Part shown: positions 1 through 9,870 of the stretch, in pieces
Numbering within the stretch: the stretch's first letter is position 1
Layout of the letters: each line of letters starts with the position of its first letter
From: an uncultured Eggerthella sp.
GTDB taxonomy: Bacteria; Actinomycetota; Coriobacteriia; Coriobacteriales; Eggerthellaceae
Direction: 5' to 3'
Length of the DNA: 64,000 nucleotides
NCBI GenBank assembly: GCA_958431815.1
Contig: CAUASB010000002.1
Coordinates: 121,690 to 185,689, forward strand
Program-made: the position numbers and the translations under genes
Notes under the pieces: generated by a model
Databases searched by the model: none
Seen by the model: only the letters and a program-made list of their open reading frames with translations
What the model was told of the DNA's origin: nothing

Positions 1-1021
1 CCTTGGCAATGTTCTCGTCCATCAAAACGGTAACGCCGTACTTCTTCACCAACGTATCGACCGCTTCAAGTGCCTGTTCTTTCTGAGAGCCAGGGAACGT
101 GAAGGAAATGTTCGCCTTGCCGTCGGTCGTAGTGTTCTGGATGATCATGTCAACCGAAACGTTGTTGCCGGCAAGAATAGAAAACAGCTGGGCTGCCATG
201 CCAACTTCGTCGGGAAGGCCACGCAGCGTGATCTTCATTTCGGACGTGTCGTGTGCGATACCGGAAATTACTGCCTGCTCCATGGAAGGAACAACCTCCT
301 CGATAAGCGTACCCTCCGCATCGGAGAAAGCGGAACGGGAATGAATTACAACATTGTACTTGCGAGCGAATTCCACCGCACGTGACTGAAGAACGCCAGC
401 GCCGCCACTGGAAAGCTCGAGCATATCGTCATAGGAAATGCGGTCGAGCTTCTTGGCGCGGGGGCATACGCGCGGGTCGGCCGTGTAAATGCCTTCTACG
501 TCAGAGTAGATTTCGCACACATCGGCGCCGATGCCGCAGGCAAGAGCCACAGCCGTGGTGTCAGAACCGCCGCGGCCGAGCGTGGTGATATCACCGTCGG
601 ACGAAATGCCCTGGAAGCCGGCGACAACCACGATAGCGCCCGTATCAAGGGCACCGCGGATGCGCTCGGCATTGATGTTTTCGATCTTCGCGCTGGAGAA
701 TGCATCGTCGGTGGTGATGCCTGCCTGCCAGCCGGTAAAGCTGATTGAGCTGTAACCCAGCGCCTGGATAGCCATTGCCAAAAGCGACATGCTTACCTGC
801 TCACCAGTGGAAAGCAACATATCCATTTCGCGTTTGGAGGGGTGGTCGTTCAACGCGGCAGCAAGACCGACCAGTTCATCGGTGGTTTTGCCCATGGCGG
901 AAACTACGGCAACAACGTCGTTGCCTTCCTGCTTCATGGCAATAAGACGCTTTGCCACGTTCTTGATTCGTTCTGGGGAGGCAACCGAAGTGCCGCCGAA
1001 CTTGGAAACTATAAGTGCCAT
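1..1021 (-). CDS. lysC: Aspartate kinase, partial (C-terminus runs off the window); ATG at 1019-1021
   Basis: Reverse-complement translation from 1021 reads MALIVSKFGGTSVASPERIKNVAKRLIAMKQEGNDVVAVVSAMG.., a typical aspartokinase N-terminus. It ends ..DTLVKKYGVTVLMDENIAK at the window edge, with no stop. Confidence 0.8.
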   Translation of the reverse strand, partial: MALIVSKFGGTSVASPERIKNVAKRLIAMKQEGNDVVAVVSAMGKTTDELVGLAAALNDHPSKREMDMLLSTGEQVSMSLLAMAIQALGYSSISFTGWQAGITTDDAFSSAKIENINAERIRGALDTGAIVVVAGFQGISSDGDITTLGRGGSDTTAVALACGIGADVCEIYSDVEGIYTADPRVCPRAKKLDRISYDDMLELSSGGAGVLQSRAVEFARKYNVVIHSRSAFSDAEGTLIEEVVPSMEQAVISGIAHDTSEMKITLRGLPDEVGMAAQLFSILAGNNVSVDMIIQNTTTDGKANISFTFPGSQKEQALEAVDTLVKKYGVTVLMDENIAK

Positions 1022-1195
1022 CGTCTTCTTTCCTCGTATGAGACAACTCACTACATCTTACCAAAAGCAACACCCTGCGCACCTTTGGGCAGGTAAACGG
1101 ATTTCCCCGCGAAACAAAGGCGAAACAATAAGAAAAGCCCACCTGCCAACGTAAGGCAAGCGGGCCAAAATAAATAACGAGGACTGCCCCATTTT

Positions 1196-1843
1196 TTATG
1201 CGTACTTCACCATAATCATACCCATCTTGTTGGCAACGGCTTCGCACTGGTCAACGCAGTCTTCCATGGCACCGAACAGGCGCGTCCATACCGTTACGCG
1301 CAAGGGGTTGTCGCATTCCTTGGTGTACAGCTCGCGGATGATGTTCAGGTACAAGGTATCCGCTTCATCTTCGATGTCGTTTACGCGCACCAGCAGGGCA
1401 TTCAGCTTGTCGGACTTCTTGCAGTTGCGGAAGTCGGCCATAGCTTCGCTTAATGCTTCGCAGGCACGAACGATGAACTTCGCAAACTTCTTGGCATCTT
1501 CGTGCATGAAGTGAATGTCGAGCATATAGAAGTTCTGGATAACTTCCTCAGTCATGTCGATGATCTCGTCAAGGCTTTCCGTCATGGCGATGATGTCTTC
1601 GCGGTCGAGCGGAGTTACGAAGTCAGGGAGCAGCGCCTCAAACACGCTATGGCATACCCCATCGGCCTCACGCTCGATGGCATGCGCACGGGGCAGCTCC
1701 TTTTCCAATTCAGCAGCCGACTCGAAATCGTGCACGATTTCCTTCAGAAGCTTGGCTTCCTTGACGCACAGCGCAGCTTGCGCCTCGAACGCGTCGTAGT
1801 AGTCGAACTTCTTTTTCTTCTTTTTCTTGCCGATTCCAGCCAT
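1196..1843 (-). CDS. DUF47/PhoU-like protein (TIGR00153 family); the ORF extends to 1888 but MAGIGKK at 1843 with an upstream GGAGG is the likelier start
   Basis: Track ORF 1196..1888. The family is inferred from the overall helical, PhoU-like sequence. No adjacent PiT transporter. Confidence 0.55.
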   Translation of the reverse strand: MAGIGKKKKKKKFDYYDAFEAQAALCVKEAKLLKEIVHDFESAAELEKELPRAHAIEREADGVCHSVFEALLPDFVTPLDREDIIAMTESLDEIIDMTEEVIQNFYMLDIHFMHEDAKKFAKFIVRACEALSEAMADFRNCKKSDKLNALLVRVNDIEDEADTLYLNIIRELYTKECDNPLRVTVWTRLFGAMEDCVDQCEAVANKMGMIMVKYA

Positions 1844-1930
1844 GACCCCTCCAAGGTCCAGTGCTGCGGAAGCCCACAGCGGTCCCATCCGCTTTTGCGT
1901 TTGCCGAACGCCAACAAGCGCAACGCAAGT

Positions 1931-2617
1931 TTAACAGTAGTAGGCGAACACACGCCTTTGCTCGTCGCCAATTGTTGTCAAAGAGTTATGTCCCGGCAGC
2001 ACCAAGGTGTCGTTGGGCAGCTGGGAAAGCTTGCGCAACGAAGCGCGCATCTGCTTGTCGCAGCCGCCTTCGAAATCGGTCCTGCCGATAGAGCCGCAGA
2101 ACAACGTATCTCCGGAAATCAGAACGTTAGCACCGTCAAGGTACTTCCCCGCATCCGATTCCAGGAACAGGCAAATTCCGCCGGGCGTATGGCCGGGCGT
2201 TGCGATAACGCGCCACACCATGTTGCCCAAACGTACCTTGTCGCCATCCTTCAGAAGGTGGTCGACCTTGCACGATTTCGTGGGCGGGAACTGCCCTGCC
2301 GGCTGGTTCTCGATAATGCGCGCATCCACCGCCGAAGCGTACACCGGAGCATTCGTCTTCGCCTTCAGCGCAGCAAGGGCGCTGGTATGGTCGGCATGAT
2401 GGTGCGTAACCACGATGGCATCGATCTTCTTACCGCCCAGTGCTTTGATGATGGCATCGGCGTTGTCGGACGGATCGACCACGAAAGTGGCCGCATCGTC
2501 TGAAATGATGTAGGTGTTGTTCTCGATAGGGCCAAGCACCAAGAAGCTGATGTCTACTGCAGCACCCGTGACTTTGTACGTGCGCCCGTCCCTTTTCACT
2601 GAAACCTTCATATGCAA
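1931..2617 (-). CDS. MBL-fold metallo-hydrolase (glyoxalase II-like)
   Basis: VTHHHADHTSA metal-binding motif in a 228-aa ORF. Confidence 0.7.
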   Translation of the reverse strand: MHMKVSVKRDGRTYKVTGAAVDISFLVLGPIENNTYIISDDAATFVVDPSDNADAIIKALGGKKIDAIVVTHHHADHTSALAALKAKTNAPVYASAVDARIIENQPAGQFPPTKSCKVDHLLKDGDKVRLGNMVWRVIATPGHTPGGICLFLESDAGKYLDGANVLISGDTLFCGSIGRTDFEGGCDKQMRASLRKLSQLPNDTLVLPGHNSLTTIGDEQRRVFAYYC

Positions 2618-2633
2618 TACCTTTCCGGTGCTG

Positions 2634-4970
2634 TTATTTGGAGGAAGTGGTTCCCGGCATCATACGACGCGCGTCGAATACACCATCGACGGTACGAAGC
2701 TTCGACAAGATGCGATCGATAACTGCCGTGTCCGAAACCTGGAACAAGAAGCGCATTTCAACCATGCCATCGCGATGTGTGTTCGTGTTAACCGAAAGCA
2801 CGTTGGCGCCATGATCGGAAAGAACCGACGCCACATCGATAAGCAGGTTCAAGCGATCGAGCGCTTCCACGAAGATCTCGACGTTGAACGAAGTGCCGCC
2901 TGAAGGGCCGTCCTCCTCCCAGAACACCTCGATAATGCGCTCGGGATGCTTCTTCAACTCTGCTGCATTCGGGCAGTCGTCGCGATGGACCGAAACGCCG
3001 CGGCCGCGGGTAACGAAGCCCACGATTTTATCGCCCGGTACTGGGTTGCAGCAACGGGAAAGACGCACCAGAACATCGTCGATGCCTCGCACCACCACGC
3101 CATTCGAAGAATGCGTTTCGTGCTTCTTGGGACGCTTCACGCTGGTGAGCATAGGCGGCATCTTACCCGTCGAAGATGCCGAGGTGCCCATCAGGGGCTT
3201 CGACGCCTCTTCGGTGCCGTTGTCCACCAAGATCTTCAGCATGCGGTTGGCAACATGCATCGGCGCTTCCTTGCCGGTGCCGATGTTCACCAGCATATCG
3301 TCGGCATCCTTGTAGCCCATGGCCTCGGACACCTCGCGCATGGCGCGCATACTCTGGGCACTGGAAATGCCGAACCCATGCTTGCGCATTTCGCGCATCA
3401 AGATGTCGCGGCCTTCCTGCAAATCGTCGGAACGGCTGATCTTGGCGAAATATGAGCGGATCTTCGAACGGGCCGAAGGCGTTTTCACGATGTTCAGCCA
3501 GTCGCGCGAAGGCGTGGCGCTTTTCTGGGTAAGGATCTCTACGCGGTCGCCCATCTGCAGCTTGTAGGACAGGGGCACGATGGAACCGTTCACCTTGGCG
3601 CCCACGCAGTGGTAACCCACTTCCGTATGGATGGCGAAGGCGAAATCAACCGGAGTGGAACCGAAGCGCAGGCTCATGGCCTTGCCCTTCGGCGTGAACA
3701 CGTAGACTTCCTTCGGATCGAGGTCGGTTTTGAGCGATTTCAAGAACTCGCGCGAATCCTTGGTTTCGTCCTGCCAATCAACCATTTCGCGCAGCCAGGC
3801 AATCTGCTTGTCGAACGCCGATTCGGCACCCTTGCCGCCCTTTTCCTTGTAGCGCCAATGCGCCGCAACGCCGTATTCGCTCATGCGGTGCATTTCCTCG
3901 GTGCGGATCTGCACTTCAAGCGGGCGGCCTGCTGGGCCGATGACCGTGGTATGCAAGCTCTGGTACATGTTGAACTTCGGCATGGCGATGTAATCTTTGA
4001 AACGCCCGGGCATCGGGTGCCACAGGCTGTGCACCGCGCCCAACGCCGAATAGCAATCCTTCACCGATGTGGTGATAATGCGCACGGCGATAAGGTCGTA
4101 GATCTCAGAAAAGCCCTTGCCCTTCTTCGACATCTTCTGATAGATGGAATACAAGTGCTTCGGGCGGCCCATGATTTGGGATTCCACGCCGATTTTGCTC
4201 ATTTCGCCGCGAAGGATGGAAATTACCTTTTGCAGGTACTCCTCGCGGTCGTGGCGTGTTTCGGCAACCATGCGGGAAACCTGCTTGAACTTGGTAGGCT
4301 CCAGGTAAAAGAACGCCAAGTCTTCCAATTCCCATTTGATGGAGCTGATGCCCAAGCGGTGCGCAATGGGAGCATAGATTTCCAGCGTTTCGCGTGCCTT
4401 GAAGATGCGGCGGTCTTCGCGCAGCGCGGAAAGCGTGCGCATGTTATGCAGGCGGTCGGCAAGCTTGATAACAATAACGCGAATGTCTTTGCTCATGGCA
4501 ATGAGCATCTTGCGGAACGTCTGCGCCTGTTCGTCGGAAAGCGTTTCAACCTCGATCTTCGTGATCTTGGTAACGCCATCGACCAAATCGGCTACCGAAT
4601 CGCCGAACAGCTCTGCCACCTGCTGCTTAGTTGCCGTGGTGTCTTCCACGGTGTCGTGCAAAAGCGCAGCGATGAGCGTTTCAACGTCCATGTGAAGGTC
4701 GGCCAAGATGATGGCAACCTCTACCGGATGGATAACGAAGGCCTCGCCCGACTTGCGCTTTTGGCCGGCATGCATCTTTTCCGCAAAGTGGAAGGCCTTT
4801 TCCAGCAAGGCCAGCTCGTCTTTGTCCAGATAGGTGGAAGCCAGCCCTTCAAGCGCCTTGAAACGCTCTTGCGGGTCGGAGCCAACCGGCGCCGAGGTGG
4901 CTGATTTGATGGTGGGGTCAACGGAAGAAGCCACCAAGCCAACTGGATGGAATTCGTTGGTGTCAGACAT
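2634..4970 (-). CDS. rel: Bifunctional (p)ppGpp synthetase/hydrolase (RelA/SpoT family)
   Basis: 778 aa with HD hydrolase region (HDTVEDT), RelA_SpoT synthetase region, TGS and ACT-like C-terminus. Confidence 0.9.
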   Translation of the reverse strand: MSDTNEFHPVGLVASSVDPTIKSATSAPVGSDPQERFKALEGLASTYLDKDELALLEKAFHFAEKMHAGQKRKSGEAFVIHPVEVAIILADLHMDVETLIAALLHDTVEDTTATKQQVAELFGDSVADLVDGVTKITKIEVETLSDEQAQTFRKMLIAMSKDIRVIVIKLADRLHNMRTLSALREDRRIFKARETLEIYAPIAHRLGISSIKWELEDLAFFYLEPTKFKQVSRMVAETRHDREEYLQKVISILRGEMSKIGVESQIMGRPKHLYSIYQKMSKKGKGFSEIYDLIAVRIITTSVKDCYSALGAVHSLWHPMPGRFKDYIAMPKFNMYQSLHTTVIGPAGRPLEVQIRTEEMHRMSEYGVAAHWRYKEKGGKGAESAFDKQIAWLREMVDWQDETKDSREFLKSLKTDLDPKEVYVFTPKGKAMSLRFGSTPVDFAFAIHTEVGYHCVGAKVNGSIVPLSYKLQMGDRVEILTQKSATPSRDWLNIVKTPSARSKIRSYFAKISRSDDLQEGRDILMREMRKHGFGISSAQSMRAMREVSEAMGYKDADDMLVNIGTGKEAPMHVANRMLKILVDNGTEEASKPLMGTSASSTGKMPPMLTSVKRPKKHETHSSNGVVVRGIDDVLVRLSRCCNPVPGDKIVGFVTRGRGVSVHRDDCPNAAELKKHPERIIEVFWEEDGPSGGTSFNVEIFVEALDRLNLLIDVASVLSDHGANVLSVNTNTHRDGMVEMRFLFQVSDTAVIDRILSKLRTVDGVFDARRMMPGTTSSK

Positions 4971-4972
4971 GG

Positions 4973-7900
4973 CTATCGTTCCTCCTGATATTCAGTGATG
5001 GGAAGCAAAGGGCGCCTGATGCGGTTTTGCAGCTCTTCAGCCGAACCGGAAAGCACCCAGTCTTTGAAGGTCGCAAACGATTCGCGCTCGTCCATGCCTT
5101 CGCGATAGCGCACGCTATCGTCCAGCTCGACCTTGCCCTTATAGTCTACGACATTGATGCTTTGTTCCTTGCCCGGAACCCCAGCGCAACCCTGAGATTT
5201 AATAAGGCCCAGCTCTTCGAACACCGAAACGCCGCAACGAACCTGTGAAGCGGTAATGGCGGCTCCCAGCAAGCGTGAAGAGCTTTTCGCTGCGCTTTCG
5301 GCATCGAGCGGGAAGAAGCCCTGGCCGTTCGCCCGCTGCAGGGCGCGAAGCCCGCGGTAGATCTGCGCCATGCCGTCATGCGTGGGAGCAGCGTCGTCTA
5401 AGATGCCCGCGTTCAACTGCGCATCGGCTCTGCCGAACAGCAAGTGAATCTGCGCCGGCTGCCCATCGCGACCCGCGCGGCCCGCCATCTGGTTGAACTC
5501 GACTTCACTGAAGGGCAAGTGGTACAGAACCACATGGCGCACGCCGGGAATGTCGACGCCTTCGCCGAACGCAGACGTTGCCACCAGAACCTGCAACCCG
5601 CCTTCGCGGAACAGCGATTCCACCCGTTCGCGTTCGGAGCGCGAAAGGCCGGCATTGTAGAAGCCGATGAGCGAGGCAATATGGGGCTCCTGCTTGCGCA
5701 GGCTTCGGGTCAGGGCAATGGTTTCCATGCGCGAGTTCACGTAGATAAGCGTTTTTTCGCCCTGAGCTACCAGGTTAACCAGGTAGCGTTCGCGCTTCTT
5801 CATGTTGCGCTGGTCGACCACGGCAAGGTTGGTACGCTCGTGTTCGTCTACCACCACGCAATCGGGCGCGATGCTGAACGACTCGCAAATGCACTGCTCT
5901 ACCTGGCTGTTCGCCGTTGCGGTAACAGCCAGAACCTGGGGCGATCCCAATGCGGCAACCGACTTGCCCAGCTGAGCATAGAACGGGCGGAACCCCGCTT
6001 TCGAAGTGCCCACATGGTGGGCTTCGTCTACCACCACAAAGCCGATTGATTCCGTTGCCGCGAAATCGGCAGCATGGAACGCCAAATATTCCGGCGTGGT
6101 AAGCACGATATCTACCTTGCGCTCGGCCAAGCCCGCCATAACTGCCGCGCGCTCTTCTGCCGTAGAAGCGCCGGTAAGCACTTCCGAGCGAATGCCGAAC
6201 GAACCAAGCGTGCGATCAAGGTGAAAGGCCTGGTCGGCAACGAGTGCGCGCAGTGGGTACACGAACAAGCTGGACTTGCCGTTGGCAAGGGCTTGCTCCA
6301 CTGCATGAATATGGAAGATGAGCGATTTGCCACGCCCCGTGCCCATAATGGCAAGCGCAGACTTGCCCGCATCGAGCACGCTAAGCGCCTGCTGCTGCGA
6401 TTCATGAAGCTGGGCTTCGCCCAAAAACGCGCCAACCAGAGCAGAGCGGAACCCCGCCGGATCGGCTTTGGCATATTGCTGCCACATAGCACGGTCGGCT
6501 TCCGAGGCAATAAGGCTTTCGTTGTCTTCGCCGGGGGTTTCGTCGTCTTCTTCGGCCACCAGGCCCGATACGAATTCCTTGTCTTCGCCTAAGCACGTTT
6601 CAAGGCATTTGCAGGGAGCCAAGGGTTTCAGCGAAGAGATTACCGCTTTCACCGAACGGCGCCCGCGCCACGTGTCTATCTGCAGCTCGAACACGGCGTC
6701 GAGCGCACACCCGCAGCCCAGCAGCCCCGAGATATCAGGGCAATGGAACATGATGCTTGCCAGGGAATTCACGCCATCGGTAAGCGTGCAGGAAAGGTGC
6801 GTTTTGTCGGCACCCACTGCTCTACCACCGGAAATAACCACGCCATGCGCCAAGAAGTGAGGGCTGGGGTTTTCCTGCCCGAACGGCGCCAGCAAATCGA
6901 GCTTGGCAACGTTTTCAAGCGTGAGCTCGGAAAGGTCGACGCTGGCATCCACCTCAATGCGCGGGATGAATTCCTCGGGCGGAAGCTTGTCCATGTAGGC
7001 GCACAAACGCTCCGAGAATTCGGGCAGCTTGCTGGCGGGAAGCGTTACGCCCACGGCAGCGTGATGGCCGCCGAAACGCGTAAGGATATCCTGGCACGAG
7101 GAAACCGCATCGAAGAGGTTCACATCGCCCACGCTGCGGCCCGACCCGTGCGCTTCGTCGCCTTCGATGGTGAACAGGATGGAAGGCACCCCGTAGCGGT
7201 TGGTAAGACGCGATGCCACGATGCCCTTCACGCCTTCGTGCCAGCCTTCGCCCGCTACCACCAAAGCGCGCTGGCCCTTGAAGGTTTTCTCTGCCTGCTC
7301 GGAGGCAACTTCGGCAAGCTCAGCTTCGATGGTACGGCGCTGGGTGTTCACGTTTTCCAGTTCGGTGGAAAGATGCGTAGCTTCGGCAAAATCGTCGCAA
7401 AGCAGCAGGTCAAGCGCAAGCTGAGCATTGCCCATACGACCTGCTGCGTTCAAACGGGGAATAATGGTGAAGCTTAAGCTGGAAGAGGAAACGGGGCTGT
7501 CGGCGGAACCCGAAGCATTCAACAGCGCCGCGATGCACGGTCGGGGGTTTTCGTTTATCATGCGCACACCCGTGCCCACCAAGGCGCGATTCTGGCTGCG
7601 CATGGGCATAAGGTCGGCCACCGTGCCAAGCGTTGCCAAGTCGATAAGCTCACGCCACAGGTTCGGCTTGCCGAAACGCGAGCCAACCGCCTGCACCACC
7701 TTCAGCGCAACACCGGCGCCGGCCAAAATGGAGCTGGGATTGCCATCGCATTTCGGATCAACCACCGGCACACCAACCGGCACCAGATCGGCTGGTTCGT
7801 GATGGTCGGTGATAACCACATCGATGCCGCGTTCTTTAAGGATTTCCACTTCGTTTTTGGCGGCAATGCCGTTGTCTACGGTAACCACCAAATTCGGGTT

Positions 7901-8332
7901 GCAGGCGGAAGCCCTGTCGATTGCCGCCTGCGAAAGACCGTAGCCCTCTTCAAAACGCAACGGGATGAACGGTGTAACGCGGGCCCCGCATTCGCGCAGG
8001 CCACGCGTCGTAAGTGTGGTGGCGGAAACGCCATCAAGGTCGAAGTCGCCGAACACCAAGATGTGCTCATCGTTCTTGATGGCGTCTTCGATGCGGTTCA
8101 CCGCCGCTTCCATGTTTTCTATTTCATAGGGGTTGGCCCAATCCCGCTCAAGCGAGGGATTAAGGAATTCCTGGGCCTTTTCAACCGTATCGAACCCGCG
8201 TGCAACCAATGTGGTTGCGATGAATTGAGGCAGGTCCAACTCGGATGCAAGGCGTGAGGCTACGACTGGATCAGCCGCAGCAAGATTGATGCGCGCACTC
8301 ATAGCAATACCTACTAACTTTTTTCTTCTCAC
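4973..8332 (-). CDS. RecJ-like ssDNA exonuclease fused to a RecQ-family helicase core
   Basis: 1119-aa single ORF. N-terminal half has DHH motifs (VFGDFDLDGVSATTL, ITDHHEP). C-terminal half has GTGRGKS Walker A, VVVDEAHHV DEAH box, AVTATA, VLVATSAFGEGVD and AGRAGRDGQPA helicase motifs. Confidence 0.75.
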   Translation of the reverse strand: MRRKKLVGIAMSARINLAAADPVVASRLASELDLPQFIATTLVARGFDTVEKAQEFLNPSLERDWANPYEIENMEAAVNRIEDAIKNDEHILVFGDFDLDGVSATTLTTRGLRECGARVTPFIPLRFEEGYGLSQAAIDRASACNPNLVVTVDNGIAAKNEVEILKERGIDVVITDHHEPADLVPVGVPVVDPKCDGNPSSILAGAGVALKVVQAVGSRFGKPNLWRELIDLATLGTVADLMPMRSQNRALVGTGVRMINENPRPCIAALLNASGSADSPVSSSSLSFTIIPRLNAAGRMGNAQLALDLLLCDDFAEATHLSTELENVNTQRRTIEAELAEVASEQAEKTFKGQRALVVAGEGWHEGVKGIVASRLTNRYGVPSILFTIEGDEAHGSGRSVGDVNLFDAVSSCQDILTRFGGHHAAVGVTLPASKLPEFSERLCAYMDKLPPEEFIPRIEVDASVDLSELTLENVAKLDLLAPFGQENPSPHFLAHGVVISGGRAVGADKTHLSCTLTDGVNSLASIMFHCPDISGLLGCGCALDAVFELQIDTWRGRRSVKAVISSLKPLAPCKCLETCLGEDKEFVSGLVAEEDDETPGEDNESLIASEADRAMWQQYAKADPAGFRSALVGAFLGEAQLHESQQQALSVLDAGKSALAIMGTGRGKSLIFHIHAVEQALANGKSSLFVYPLRALVADQAFHLDRTLGSFGIRSEVLTGASTAEERAAVMAGLAERKVDIVLTTPEYLAFHAADFAATESIGFVVVDEAHHVGTSKAGFRPFYAQLGKSVAALGSPQVLAVTATANSQVEQCICESFSIAPDCVVVDEHERTNLAVVDQRNMKKRERYLVNLVAQGEKTLIYVNSRMETIALTRSLRKQEPHIASLIGFYNAGLSRSERERVESLFREGGLQVLVATSAFGEGVDIPGVRHVVLYHLPFSEVEFNQMAGRAGRDGQPAQIHLLFGRADAQLNAGILDDAAPTHDGMAQIYRGLRALQRANGQGFFPLDAESAAKSSSRLLGAAITASQVRCGVSVFEELGLIKSQGCAGVPGKEQSINVVDYKGKVELDDSVRYREGMDERESFATFKDWVLSGSAEELQNRIRRPLLPITEYQEER

Positions 8333-8532
8333 AAGGCATTGTATAAGAAAGGCGCGCCCCCTGTGCAGGAAGCGCGCCTTTGGTGCCAGCGCGTTGACGA
8401 AAGGTTGGGCAACCAGGTTTTCGCCCCGCCTGCCCTGGGCATTTCACCACAGCAAACAGCGTTTTGCGTAGCTTTAGCGCCCATGGGGATAACGGCACAT
8501 CACGCCAGAAGGCCCCTTCGTGCCAGGGCGGG

Positions 8533-9738
8533 TTAAAAAGCAGAACGATAGATGGCGCGGGCATCTTCCAGGGTGATCTTCTTGAAGCCACCGAACTCAT
8601 CGCCCTTGTTGGCCTTGAGCGTTACCAGAAATGCTTCCACATCTTCGGGCTTCAAGCCGAATTCGCCGAGCTTGGCAGGCATGCCGATGCGAACGAAGAA
8701 CGCTTGCAGCTCGTCGATGGCAGCCGTTACCGCATCTTCCACCGCTTCGTCGGTTTCGTCGATAGGCTCGATGCCGAACACCGCATCGGCGAACGCAAGG
8801 AAGCGGGCGGGGTCTTCGCGCCACACGTAGCGCATCCAAGCCGGCATCATAACCGCAAGGCCCGCACCGTGGGTAATGGACGCGTCAAAAGCGGAAAGCT
8901 GGTGTTCCAGCGCGTGGCTTTCCCACCCGCCAGCACGCTTGGTGGGCTGGGCCGCAAGCCCACAACCAGCCAAATCGTTGTGAGCAAGGGTGCCTGCCCA
9001 CATGATGTTGGCACGCGCCTCGTAATTCGCAGGCTCGGCGATTGCCACCGGCGCTTCTTCCATAAGCGCGCGGATAAGCCCCGTGGCAATGTTGTCGGTA
9101 ACCACCGAAGACCCTGTGCCGCTGAAAAAGCGCTCGCAAATGTGCGCAATCATGTCCGTTACGCCTGCAGTCGTTTGATACGCAGGCAGCGTGAACGTCA
9201 GTTCCGGATCAAGGAAGGAAACCTGCGGGCGAATAAGATCGGAATTCACGCCGAACTTCGCATTGAATTCGTCGTTGGAAATAACACACGAACTGGAACC
9301 CTCCGAACCAGCTGCCGGAATGGTGAGCACGCACATAAGAGGCAGCGCTTCGGCGATGGGCAGCTTCTTGGCGAAGAAATCCCATACGTCGCCTTCGTAG
9401 GATGCGCCAAAGGCAATGGCTTTCGCACAGTCGATGACGCTACCGCCGCCAACAGGCAGCACCAGATCAACCTTGTTTTCGCGCGCTGCCGCAATGCCTT
9501 CGCGCACCGAGGCAACTTCCGGGTTCGGACGCACCCCGCCAAGCTCGCAGGTTTCGACGCCCGCCGCTGCAAGCGACTTCTTCACGCGGTCCAACGTGCC
9601 CAAACGCACCACCGAACCGCCACCGTATACTAACAACGCGCGCTTGTAGCCACGCTCGACGGCATAGCGCCCTACTTCATCGGTCACGCCACGGCCGAAC
9701 ACGAATTTGGTCGGGGAAAAGAACTCGAAATTGTTCAT
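8533..9738 (-). CDS. Iron-containing alcohol dehydrogenase (track ORF runs to 9783; MNNFEF start at 9738)
   Basis: GGGSVIDCAKAIA and the Fe-ADH fold signature in a roughly 400-aa product. Confidence 0.8.
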   Translation of the reverse strand: MNNFEFFSPTKFVFGRGVTDEVGRYAVERGYKRALLVYGGGSVVRLGTLDRVKKSLAAAGVETCELGGVRPNPEVASVREGIAAARENKVDLVLPVGGGSVIDCAKAIAFGASYEGDVWDFFAKKLPIAEALPLMCVLTIPAAGSEGSSSCVISNDEFNAKFGVNSDLIRPQVSFLDPELTFTLPAYQTTAGVTDMIAHICERFFSGTGSSVVTDNIATGLIRALMEEAPVAIAEPANYEARANIMWAGTLAHNDLAGCGLAAQPTKRAGGWESHALEHQLSAFDASITHGAGLAVMMPAWMRYVWREDPARFLAFADAVFGIEPIDETDEAVEDAVTAAIDELQAFFVRIGMPAKLGEFGLKPEDVEAFLVTLKANKGDEFGGFKKITLEDARAIYRSAF

Positions 9739-9870
9739 GGAAACGTCCTTTCGGATAAAAAGCGGGGCAAAATGCCTGCACACTCAATAGAGGAAAGCCT
9801 ACCGCGCACCACAGACCGCTATTGCGACGCAACGTTTACTGGCATCGGGGAGGCGGCCTGTTGCTTCACG

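Noticed and set aside
1022-1195. Possible lysine riboswitch upstream of lysC
   Set aside because: The leader is only about 100 nt and most of it is the terminator of the upstream gene. There is no room for an L-box.
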